From positions 62,001-126,000 of the forward strand of contig NIVC01001408.1 of the NCBI GenBank assembly GCA_002269645.1: DNA of 64,000 bases, written 5' to 3'. Position numbers and translations under genes: made by a program. This DNA comes from Macrostomum lignano. Taxonomy: Eukaryota. The notes under the pieces were generated by a model that saw nothing but the letters and a program-made list of their open reading frames with translations, was not told the DNA's origin and ran no database searches. Of this stretch, positions 9,980 to 23,395 are shown one piece after another. Position 1 is the first letter of the stretch, and the number at the start of each line of letters is the position of its first letter.

Positions 9980-10748
9980 GTCCTTTAGGCTTATGAGTCA
10001 GCTGTCCTTCAGGTTCATGAGTCAGCTGTCCTTCAGGCTTATGAGTCAGCTGTCCTTCAGGTTCATGAGTCAGCTGTCCTTCAGGCTTATGAGTCAGCTG
10101 TCCTTCAGGCTTATGAGTCAGCTGTCCTTCAGGTTCATGAGTCAGCTGTCTTTCAGGCTTATGAGTCAGCTATCCTTCAGGTTCATGAGTCAGCTGTCCT
10201 TCAGGCTTATGAGTCAGCTGTCCTTCAGGTTCATGAGTCAGCTGTCTTTCAGGCTTATGAGTCAGCTGTCCTTCAGGCTCATGAGTCAGCTGTCCTTCAG
10301 GTTCATGAGTCAGCTGTCCTTCAGGTTCATGAGTCAGTTGTACTTCAGGCTTATGAGTCAGCTGTACTTCAGTTTCATGAGCTAGTGGTACTTTAGGTTC
10401 ATAAGTCAGCTGTCCTTCAGGTTCATGAGTCAGCTGTCCTTCACGTTCATGAGTCAGCTGTCCTTCAGGTTCATGAGTCAGTTGTACTTCAGGCTTATGA
10501 GTCAGCTGTACTTCAGTTTCATGAGCTAGTGGTACTTTAGGTTCATGAGTCAGCTGTCCTTCACGTTCATGAGTCAGCTGTCCTTCAGGTTCATGAGTCA
10601 GTTGTACTTCAGGCTTATGAGTCAGCTGTACTTCAGTTTCATGAGCTAGTGGTACTTTAGGTTCATGAGTCAGCTGTCCTTCAGGTTCATAAGTCAGCTG
10701 TCCTTCACGTTCATGAGTCAGTGGTACTTCAGGTTCATGATTCAGCTG
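9980..10748. repeat. 24-bp minisatellite (ATGAGTCAGCTGTCCTTCAGGYTY), ~31 copies, KIF2 intron 1
   Basis: Visible directly as a tandem array. Confidence 0.95.
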
Positions 10749-10937
10749 TTTTTGGTTTTTATGAGTCTGCTAACCAATTGTTCTTTACCATCGTACAAAA
10801 ACAGCAATAGTCATTAAATTTCCATTGTTTTAGGATGAACAATGGTCCTTGGGGCTTTAACAATATGTAGAATAATAACAATAGTCATCTGAGGTCACAC
10901 TTAGCATCCCCACCAACCTGTCCATTCCGCCCCTCAG

Positions 10938-11369
10938 GAGACCAGTCCGACGCGAGAGGAACGCGGAGCTGCCCGTCGCGGCGGCGGTGGAGGAGGCGGC
11001 GGCGCAGCAGCTGGCGGAGGCGCTGGGGGCGGCGCGGCGGCTGGCGGCGGCCGCAAGTCGAACGTGGTGAAAGAAATCGAACGAATCCAGCAGCGCCGCG
11101 ACGAGCGTCGAGCGGCTCAGCAGGCAAAGAAAAGCGACCCGGACTACGATCCGAGCAATCCGCAGTTCGAGTTTCTGCAGATGATTCGCGAGTTTCAAAG
11201 CACCCTGGACTATCGGCCCATTACTAACGACACTCCTATTGAGATTCATCAGATCTGCGTGTGCGTTCGTAAGCGGCCGTTGAATAAAAAGGAGCTGACT
11301 AAGAAAGAAATCGACGTTGTCACCATTCCTAATAAGGAGAATGTGCTCATTCATGAGCCTAAATTAAAG
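10938..11369 (+). CDS. KIF2: Kinesin-13 exon 2 (Gly-rich linker, neck, start of motor)
   Basis: Acceptor CCATTCCGCCCCTCAG|GAG (an in-frame alternative CACTTAG| at 10904 also exists). Encodes [16 protein letters not shown] (neck) and [14 protein letters not shown]...HEPKLK. Donor AAG|GTGAGT. Confidence 0.88.
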
Positions 11370-11427
11370 GTGAGTTAATACGGTTCTAATAGAGGTAAGG
11401 CGTTCATTATAAGGCTAGATGGTGGAG

Positions 11428-11903
11428 AAGAGTGATTAGATAAGGGGTAGAGGGCAGAGAAAAGTGATTAGATAAGGGGTAGAAGGCAGAGAAAAGTGAT
11501 TAGATAAGGGGTAGAGGGCAGAGAAAAGTGATTAGATAAGGGGTAGAGGGCAGAGAAAAGTGATTAGATAAGGGGTAGAAGGCAGAGAAAAGTGATTAGA
11601 TAAGGGGTAGAGGGCAGAGAAAAGTGATTAGATAAGGGGTAGAGGGCAGAGAAAAGTGATTAGATAAGGGGTAGAGGGCAGAGAAAAGTGATTAGATAAG
11701 GGGTAGAGGGCATAGAAAAGTGATTAGATAAGGGGTAGAGGGCAGAGAAAAGTGATTAGATAAGGGGTAGAGGGCATAGAAAAGTGATTAGATAAGGGGT
11801 AGAGGGCAGAGAAAAGTGATTAGATAAGGGGTAGAGGGCATAGAAAAGTGATTAGATAAGGGGTAGAGGGCAGAGAAAAGTGATTAGATAAGGGGTAGAA
11901 GGC
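11428..11903. repeat. 32-bp minisatellite (AGAAAAGTGATTAGATAAGGGGTAGAGGGCAG), ~15 copies, KIF2 intron 2
   Basis: Visible directly as a tandem array. Confidence 0.95.
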
Positions 11904-12063
11904 GAAGAAGAGCGGGTAGATTGGCGGAAAAGAGAGGGTCTTAAAAGCGAAACAGATAAAGTAGAAAACGGAGTATAAGCTGGTATTCGAAGCCCTTTCT
12001 CCTACAGCCTGTAATAGTTACTATGCAGCAAACCAGGCCATAGCCGGTTAAATTTTATTGTGA

Positions 12064-12800
<737 letters not shown>

Positions 12801-12919
12801 GTTGCCTAAGGTAGGTATATCTAGTAAAATGGATTGAACCTATGACTGCCATAAACCATGTCAACCTCTGACCCAAGCTGATCCCTTGACTTGCATTCAA
12901 AGCAACCTGACAATGTTAA

Positions 12920-14240
<1,321 letters not shown>

Positions 14241-14304
14241 TCACTCCGCTAATTTTCATTATTAAAGCACAAAATTACAAGCTCATTCCCTCTCTCCCAT
14301 CCAG

Positions 14305-14958
14305 GTGCTCCGTGACAGCTTCATCGGGGAGAAAGCTCGCACCTGCATGATTGCCACAATCAGTCCGGGTTTTTCATCCTGCGAGCACACACTGAACACT
14401 CTGCGCTACGCCGACCGAGTCAAGGAGCTCGGCCCCGGCGGACCGATCAGCGGCGCTGGAGCCGGCGGGGAACCGGCCGCCGCCCCCGGCGGAGACTACG
14501 AGCAGCAGTTTCTAGGGGATTTCGAATCAGGCGGCGGCGGCGACGATCAAATTGGTGAAGAGGATGACAACTGGTTGGTGAGGAGCGCCGTGCAAGAGAC
14601 TGGGGAGGCGGAAGATGACGAGTACACGGGTGATTTAGTCAGCTTCCACAAAGTGGTATCGCATATGGAACGAATGGAAGAAGAAGTCAACGACGATCAT
14701 AAGGCCCTGCTAGACGGGCAAGCCGGCTTCGGTAAAGAGATAAAACGGCTGTACGACATGTCTGGCCAGGTAGACTATAATCAGGATGATTACGCCAACA
14801 GGTTGGACACCCTTTTAGCCAATCAGATGCAGGCGATGCAGTCGCTTAGAGAGAAGCTGGCAGCGTGGCAAGCTGAGATGCGCCGGGAAGAGGAACTGTC
14901 AACTAAACTGCAAGCCATGAAGTCCAATAAAACTCAGGCTGCCAATAAGAAGCGTTGA
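14305..14958 (+). CDS. KIF2: Kinesin-13 exon 5 (end of motor, coiled-coil tail); spliced protein ~794 aa
   Basis: CCATCCAG|GTG acceptor. Encodes [22 protein letters not shown]...[16 protein letters not shown]. The TGA stop overlaps AATAAA (14958-14963). Confidence 0.95.
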   Translation: MLRDSFIGEKARTCMIATISPGFSSCEHTLNTLRYADRVKELGPGGPISGAGAGGEPAAAPGGDYEQQFLGDFESGGGGDDQIGEEDDNWLVRSAVQETGEAEDDEYTGDLVSFHKVVSHMERMEEEVNDDHKALLDGQAGFGKEIKRLYDMSGQVDYNQDDYANRLDTLLANQMQAMQSLREKLAAWQAEMRREEELSTKLQAMKSNKTQAANKKR

Positions 14959-15138
14959 ATAAAAACTGGGCCCAATTCTGTACTACTGTAGCATCTTATT
15001 GACAAATTTTATGCTACTAATAGTAGCATCATCAACTAGTTTTGTCTGCTTGTGTCTATGCGCTTAACTTTGCCACCTTTTCTTTGATTTAACAGTTTAT
15101 GCCTAATTTTTCCTGATTAACTAAAAGTCGAATAAATA

Positions 15139-16269
15139 ACCCTCAAATACCACACACTCTAGACGAAGCCCCATAGCCTCAAATACCACACACTCTAGAC
15201 GAAGCCCCATAGCCTCAAATACCACACACTAGACAAAACACCATACGCTCAAATACCACACACTCTAGACGAAACCCCACACCCTCAAATACCACACACT
15301 CTAGACGAAACCCCACACCCTCAAATACCACACACTCTAGACGAAACCCCTTACCCTCAAATACCACACACTCTAGACGAAACCCCTTACCCTCAAATAC
15401 CACACACTCTAGACTAAACCCCACACCCTCAAATACCACACACTCTAGACGAAACCCCATACCCTCAAATACCACACACTCTAGACGAAACCCCATAGCC
15501 TCAAATACCACACACACTAAGACAAAAACCCATACCCTCAAATACCACACACTAGACAAAACACCATACGCTCAAATACCACACACTCTAGACGAAACCC
15601 CTTACCCTCAAATACCACACACTCTAGACTAAACCCCATACCCTCAAATACCACACACTCTAGACGAAACCCCTTACCCTCAAATACCACACACTCTAGA
15701 CTAAACCCCACACCCTCAAATACCACACACTCTAGACGAAACCCCATACCCTCAAATACCACACACTCTAGACGAAACCCCATACCCTCAAATACCACAC
15801 ACTCTAGACGAAACCCCTTACCCTCAAATACCACACACTCTAGACGAAACCCCATACCCTCAAATACCACATACTCTAGACGAAACCCCACACCCTCAAA
15901 TACCACACACTCTAGACTAAACCCCACACCCTCAAATACCACACACTCTAGACGAAACCCCATACCCTCAAATACCACACACTCTAGACGAAACCCCTTA
16001 CCCTCAAATACCACACACTCTAGACGAAACCCCATACCCTCAAATACCACATACTCTAGACGAAACCCCATACCCTCAAATACCACACACTCTAGACGAA
16101 ACCCCATACCCTCAAATACCACATACTCTAGACGAAACCCCACACCCTCAAATACCACACACTCTAGACTAAACCCCACACCCTCAAATACCACACACTC
16201 TAGACGAAACCCCATACCCTCAAATACCACACACTCTAGACTAAACCCCTTACCCTCAAATACCACACA
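15139..16269. repeat. 36-bp minisatellite (CCTCAAATACCACACACTCTAGACGAAACCCCATAC), ~31 copies, downstream of KIF2
   Basis: Visible directly as a tandem array. Confidence 0.95.
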
Positions 16270-18555
16270 TTGTACATTATTTCGACAGCTGAAAAAACAA
16301 TTAATCCATACAGTGATGAGCTAGAAAAAGTGGCACTAGAAATCTATTTTGTTTTAATGTGTCTATTGGAATGAAATGCATAAAGCTAAGCTAGTGTCTT
16401 TTCCCTTCCTTGTCGAGTGTGAAAAACTATTTTGTATATTTTTCTTAATAATTCTCCTTCTCACACTGTAAGCAGTGATGTCAGACTATTAAAAATGACT
16501 TGACTTTTGTTTATCTGCCATGCCAGTTATAAATTAGTTACAATACTTGCACAGGCAACACACTTTCAAAACGTACCGTAAACCGCCTGCAAGTTGCTTT
16601 TTAATTTTTCTAAAATTCATTTTGCTTTCTTCCTATAAACTGCTTGCGTGCCCCCCCCAAATCTCTCTGCATCAAAACGAATGGCCTTAGAAATCTAAAT
16701 GATTTTCCTCTTTCAAACCCGCGTGCGTCTAATTGAGGCATCTATTCTTTTTTAAGGTTATATAAATTTGCTTTCTTTACTACTCAATAGATAAAGTAAA
16801 ATTATCAGTAGCGAGTAGCGTATTTTGCTTCAAACTGTTATTTTTTTATTTTTTAGTTCACTCATACGGACGGACGTCGGTTAGATAATAAGTTTCTTCA
16901 CGGTATCCAGGGAAGTTGATCTTTCAGTTAGCTTTGTTGCCGTACTCACTCACTGCCTGCCAAGCCTAAATAATTTAGCTTCTGTATAAATCCAATTTTC
17001 AATGTCACGTGTACACAACTGTGGACGCTTAATGTCCTTAATATGCTACTAACTTGCAACTGTCTACTCTTTTCTTACTTAAAATTTAAGTCACAAATTG
17101 TTTTCAAAGTCCTAAATAATTTATGCATAAGACTAAAAAAGTCAAAAGGCCAGTTACTGTACACCAGTGCCAATACTACTGCCAAGATAAATATGTGAAT
17201 CATTATTTTTGTCAATAAACTATTTTTTTGGCCTATATTGGCTAAAAAACTAAGATAAATAAGTACGTAATTTGCAATAAAGTATGTCGATGCACTTTTA
17301 TAAATATGCTGCTAATGCTTATGCTTGAAGGCAATTTCAATGTAGGAGCCACAATGGAATTCGATCAGATGCACTACTAAAAGTAGTTTCAGTGTTTTTT
17401 TCAGTCCCTTACTTGTATTTTGGCTATATTATTTGCTATTTAAATTAAAAGCTATCTAACAGTCGACATAATAAAACTGATTTATTATTTAATTATCCAA
17501 GTGTCGTAATTATCGTAATTGCTTTTTGTTTGTGGCATCCCATCACTAATTGAGCTTGTTTATAATTAACTGTGAATTCATTTGCTTAATTAGTAGTTTA
17601 TGACCGCGAAGCTTTGTGATAAAAATACAATTGGCTTTGATCAAACTTTGTTGGAAATCTAAAGCTGTGCAAGTCGCTTGAGAAATCACAAGACATAAAC
17701 TAACTGTCGTTATAATAGATTTTCAAACTTGCATTGCAAACAACTCCAGAAAATCGTTTTTTGTTTTAATCTCTGTATCTTTTGTCTTTTCAATTTTATC
17801 GTACGTATCTCTAAATATATACTACTTACTTACTACTTAGAGCTCCTTCCTTCACTGCTTGTCTGTATTTACCGGTAGAATATCAATTTGTTTGTTTTCT
17901 TGTTTTCTTCGATTCCCGCGTTTTCTATTGCTTATTAAATTTCAGTAATTTTTGTTTCACTTTCTGAGCTGCCAGCGCGTGCGTACGCTCGTTTTTTCCA
18001 AATCGATTTTTCCAGGAAATCGGCGCTCGCGACGCGATAATTGAAAGATGCCTTTTGCTGGTGTTGAAAAATCCTATAGTAATAATAATATATGTAAATG
18101 AACATTTGCACGAATCTTTCCAAGACTTTGCTCTGTCTCTATGTGTCCTTATCTTATTTTGCTTTTTTTGACGCTAATTTTTTATGAGTATGCCTCTATA
18201 AGTTTGCGAATTGGGCATACAAGTAGTGTAAATGAGTAGTATGCCTCACAAAGGAGAATTATTTTATTTCTAGTTCTAATTTTTAGTATGCACGCACGTA
18301 AGGATCTGCTCTCTTTGTCTAGGGCCCCTTAAATTGTATGCATAAGCCTGGTATACAGTAAATGTTTTTACGCCCCTTTACATATATTTGGATATTAATT
18401 TAAATAAAACTAGAATGACTTTAATATGTTTGACGCTTAAGCATCACACTTTTTTCTAGCAAATTTGGTTTTGCTGTTTTTTATCGAGTTGCTTAATTGT
18501 GCTTTTACTTTTTGCATTTGTGCTTGCATTAGGTAATTAGATGTGCACATTTTGA

Positions 18556-18676
18556 CAGGGCCGTAGCCAAGGGTACGTCATGATTGGAGAACAAGGGGCT
18601 CCGGGCCTGCTGGCAAGGGGGCAGGCACCACATGCTTTGCCAGCCGATTGGGGCAGGGGATGGCTATACGCCTCTG
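18556..18676. mobile_element. Possible small MITE relic with imperfect CAG-terminal inverted repeats
   Basis: A GC-rich island in AT-rich DNA. Left end CAGGGCCGTAGCCA versus reverse complement of the right end CAGAGGCGTATAGCCA. No clear TSD. Confidence 0.3.
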
Positions 18677-21600
18677 TATTCTCATTTTGGTGACTAGCAC
18701 CGGTCTTATTTTTTTATTTAACATTGACATAGAAGGTATCGAGTACAGATGTCTCGACACTCTTGTACAATGAGACAATAATTCTTTTTTCTGTTCCTAA
18801 AACTGATCCGTATCATTTCGAGGTCATATGTAGGTACATTTAGTAAAATACCTCGGCTATTAAAGTCATATGGGAGGATCGACTTGTGCATTGCGCTGCT
18901 TGTACAATCGAGAAGTAAGAACACTATAGAAAAATAGTATACTGGGACATTGGGATAAGATATTGCGACAAAATTTAAACTTAAGTAATCGTTCAATGAA
19001 ACGATTTATTATGCAAGCAAGTATAAATCAAAGTAATTTATATACTTTATGCATGTATTATATGGATTCGGCTTATCACAAATTTTAGGAAAAAACGCGG
19101 AGCTTCACCATTATATACCACGAGGCCAACTCCTCCGTTGGAGGAGAAAGGGGAAGAACTCCCATCACCGGAATTCCGTTCCCTGAACTCCATCAGCTGA
19201 ATCCCATGACCCGAATCCCATCATCCAACTGTTGTCTAAATTCATCAAAATCCTCTCCGTGTAACTGTCAACCATCGAAATCCTCTCCGTCAAACTGGAC
19301 TCGATCGAAATTTTCTCCGTCAAACAGAACTCAACTCTCAGGATTCATTTGTTAGGGTTATGGTTAGGGTTAGGGTTAGAGCTGCACAGAGCTGCCTACC
19401 TAGCTATTAAAAGGCGCCAATAAGTAAATTTGAACTAATTGAATCAATTGATTGCGCAATTTTTTTTCTCAGTCAGGCAGTATCTGTCTCGGTAAAGTTA
19501 ACAAAAAGATTGCGCAATCTAAATCAACCTTCCAATACACAGTGGCAGTTAGAAATTGAACCCCCTCCCTGAGACTGAGACTGAGACTCTCGTCTGTCCC
19601 TCTCTTCCCTTCGTTCTCTCATCTCTAATCTCTCCTATCTCCTCTCTGCTCTCGTCTGCTCGTTTATCTATCATTTCTCATCTCATCTCTCATCTCTCAT
19701 CTCTACTCCCTTATCTCTTCTTTATGCGCTCTCATATCTACTCTCTTCTTTCTCTTCACTACTTTTTCCTCTCTCCTCTTTTATCTCTTCTCTCTCCTCT
19801 CCTTTATCTCCTCTCTGCTCTCTCATCTCTCTACTTTCTCCTCTCTTGTCTCTCCCTTATCTTCTCGTTTCTCTCTCCTCTCTCTCCTCCCTCATCTCTA
19901 CTCATTTATCTCTTCTCTCTCGTCTTTCGGCTCTACTCCCTCTATCTCCTCTTTCTCCTCTCTTACCCCCTCTCCTCTCTCCTCTAAATTTCCTCATCTC
20001 TTCTCTCGCCTTTATTCTCTTTTTTTCTTTTCTCTAATCTGTCCCTTTTAATTCTCTCTTTTTATGTTCTATTTCATCTCATATTTTATCTACCCTTTCC
20101 TTTTCTCTTTTCTCTACTCCCTTTCATTTAGCCATTTCATCCTCTCTATGAAACAGATATCATCAAAATCCTCTCTCTCCGTTAAACTGCAATTCAGTGT
20201 GTATCTTCTCCTTCAAGCTACAATCCATCAATTTAAAAAATATTATCTCTATCAAATTTCAGTCAATCAAGACTATGAAACTGGTCCATAAAAATATGCT
20301 TTTTAATTGTTTGGGTCTACGTCAAAAAATTTTCAAAATCCTCCATAAAACCTCTGAAATACCATAGCATGTTTTCCCTGTTTGCAAAAGTTGACTGCCA
20401 TGGTCCAGACTGAGACTCTCTCTTGTCTCCTCTCTCCTCTTTGCTCCTTTATCTAATCTCTTCTCTCTGCTCTTATCTCCTATCTCATCTCTACTCTTAT
20501 TTTCTTATCAATCATCTCCCATCTCTCATCTCTCTTCTCTGCGCTCTCATCTCTATTTTCTCATCTCTATTCTCTCATCTTTCCCCTCTCCTCTCTACCG
20601 TCTCCTGTCTCATCTCTCCTTTTTCTTCTCTCTCCTCTGTACTCTCCTATCCCTCCTCTCTCCTCCCATCTTTCCTCCCTCCTTTGCTCTCTCATTTTTC
20701 CTCTCTCCCCTCCTTTCTTCCCTCTACATTCTCTTCTCTTCGCTCTCCCTCTTCATCATTCCCGCCTCACTCCCCTCTTCTCTCCCCTCTGTCGTCGACT
20801 CGTCTTTAATCTCTCAGCTCTCATATCTACTGTCTTTTCCATCATCTTTCTATCCTCTCTTCTCCTTGAAATCTCTTCTCTCTACTCTCTTATCTGACGG
20901 ACTGAAAGCGCCGATAATCAAACCAATTGAAATTTATCACCCGCCTCCTCCATCACTGAAATTACTTCAAATGATAGCTGGCTTGAATTTGTGTACGCAA
21001 CCTCCCCCCAACTACAATCTTGGCAGAAAGTTTAAAAGTATGGAAATCGTTTTTTCAATGCTGTGCTTTTTGTTTTCATATTTAAAGCAAATAACTTATA
21101 TCCCCAAACTCAGCGTTGCAAGATCTTTCCAGCAATATAAAATCTCTCCTCTCAAAGCTTAAAACTCAAGGAACAGTTAGCGTTTGAACTTCCCGATTTA
21201 AAGCATTGAAGTATCTATCGAGTGTACATTCACTGCCTGCTAGCTAGTAAGAGGCTCGCAAGTTTATTCATTGAATTTAGCTGCCCAGCTAAATACAGTC
21301 TTGAAAGACGCCGATAATAAAACCAATTGAATATCGACACAGTCCTTATCTATCTGTTTACACAGTACATTGCTATGTACACTCAGCCCAAACCAAGCCC
21401 CCTATTCCGGGGGAATCATTAAATTTTACTTCACCCCCAACACGCGGGGGTTTTATTAGCATTGAACCCAGAACACGCGTCACCCACCCCTCCAATACAC
21501 AGCGACCCGCGGGAGGAGGTTGGGTGGTTGTTTTTACAATTATGCCACTACCTCTCCACTGGAGAGGCAAAGTGGCCAAAGAAGGTTAAGAAAACAGTTT

Positions 21601-21925
21601 TCTGCTTTTTTAACTGACTTAATTTTGGAAATTTCAACATTAAAATAGCCTATTTGTTGCGTAGGAAAATTCTGCATTGATATATATAAGTCTCGCATTT
21701 GAGTTGGCAGCCGTCTAGGAGGAGATACGCGGTAAACCCGGCCGGTCGATCGATCCACTCAGCTTTAGATATAAGACGAGGCCAACTCCTCCGTTGGAGG
21801 AGAAAGGGGAAGAACTCCCATCACCGGAATCCCATGCCTGAAATCCATCAGCTGAATCCTATGACCCGAATCTTATCATCCAAGTTCTCTCCAAAATCCA
21901 TCAAAATCCTCTCCGTGAAACAGAA

Positions 21926-22313
21926 TGTGACGACGTCGTTAGCATCTTAAATTTTTAGTTTCTATGTGAGTTTTTATTACTTAAAATTATTGTAGTTGAT
22001 TAATTTGCAGGTTCCCCAGCTATTAATTTAATGTAATTTATTTAGAAAAAATGTACTTTAAGTTTTATTTATTTAAGTCCAAGTTATTACTACTTTTTTT
22101 GATAGATATCTTAGGTTTAAATGAATCGGATTTCCCCGCCAATTTAAATGTTGCCTCGCGCTCGTTAATTGTACTTTCCTCTACTCGGCGTTTTGTCTCG
22201 TGCCCTGCGTGTCAACACTACTACTAATTAACTAGCTAACGAATGAATAATTAAATAAATAATTAATTAAATAATCGCTTACTAAATCTCAAACTCGCTA
22301 CGTCTACGCCACA
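21926..22313 (+). repeat. 5' LTR (388 bp)
   Basis: Runs TGTGACGACG...CTACGCCACA; no difference from the 3' LTR was found by eye. Confidence 0.97.
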
Positions 22314-22316
22314 TTT

Positions 22317-22333
22317 TGGAGGTCCCACCGAGA
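22317..22333 (+). promoter_or_regulatory. Primer-binding site complementary to the tRNA-Gln 3' end
   Basis: TGGAGGTCCCACCGAGA is the reverse complement of TCTCGGTGGGACCTCCA, the 3' end of metazoan tRNA-Gln as recalled. It starts 3 nt after the LTR. Confidence 0.8.
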
Positions 22334-22990
22334 CATCATTCACAATTGGCCGCCTATCCAATTGTCAGTTCTTCGATTCGATAAACCATTGACTTCATCT
22401 ATTCATTGTCTGAACCGGCTAGTTCATTGTCGCCAACTACCACCGCCACCTGCCATTATCATCGTCGAATTTCTACTTGCCGTCGCCTGTTGACGTCGCC
22501 GCAAACCATCGCCACCATAGTCCATTGTCGTCCTCTCGCCGTTGCCAACCGTATCACGCTGTAATCGCCATCACTGACGGACACCACCGAGACCTGCTTC
22601 GTCACTAGTCTTTGCTAACTGGAACCACCAACGAGAATCTGCTGGAATCTGCGAACAACACGGCCCGCTGAGCTGCCTAGTATCCTGCCAACGACGGCCA
22701 AGGCCACAACGTGTCCTACTGAATCCCGATCGACAACCTGAGTGTTCAGCTGCCAGATTGTTCCTGGTGAGCACGCACGCTGCCTGCCTTTAGTATAGGG
22801 ACCGTGTCTGGTGGAATAGCATTCGCGGATTGCTTGTTCTAGGGCTGTAGGAGTAGGTCACCCTGGGTTCAGTGCTTCCCCCCACCAGACACTTTTGGCG
22901 TGTTAGTGTTAGTGTCGCTTCTTTCCTTCGTGACTCCATCTATTCTTGTAATTTGTTTACTTATTCCTTCTCTGCTCTGTATTTTCTGGG

Positions 22991-23395
22991 ATGTCCGACA
23001 CAGAGGATGATGGGGGTGGAGCGACTAATGGAGGTCCTGACCATCCCTTTAGTGTTGCCGAAGCTGGCCAGCCCCAGCAGCAGCCAGCCGAAGTCAAGAG
23101 AGAGGATGCTGTCACACACAATGCTCTTGCTGATGCATTGGCTTCGTTACATCGACTGATTGATTTGAAACTAACTGGCGACAGTCCCAACTCCTTGCCT
23201 GTCAAGAGTGAAGATGTCTTGGCTGTCCGCCTTCGGCCACCTGTACCTTTCAGTGCAAAATTGAACTTTGATATCTGGGAGGCTCAGTTCCTTGCATATT
23301 TAGAAGCCCACAGGGTTCCGGAAAAACAGGAGACAGCTGTCCTGTTAAGCCTTCTGGCGCCAGAATGTCAAGAGTTTTTTTTAATAATCAGTTGA
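22991..23395 (+). CDS. gag: Gag N-terminal part (134 aa); continues by -1 shift into the next ORF
   Basis: ATG at 22991. Encodes capsid-NTD-like FDIWEAQFLAYLEAH...AVLLSLLA. The frame changes at the T8 run 23375-23382. Confidence 0.8.
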   Translation: MSDTEDDGGGATNGGPDHPFSVAEAGQPQQQPAEVKREDAVTHNALADALASLHRLIDLKLTGDSPNSLPVKSEDVLAVRLRPPVPFSAKLNFDIWEAQFLAYLEAHRVPEKQETAVLLSLLAPECQEFFLIIS

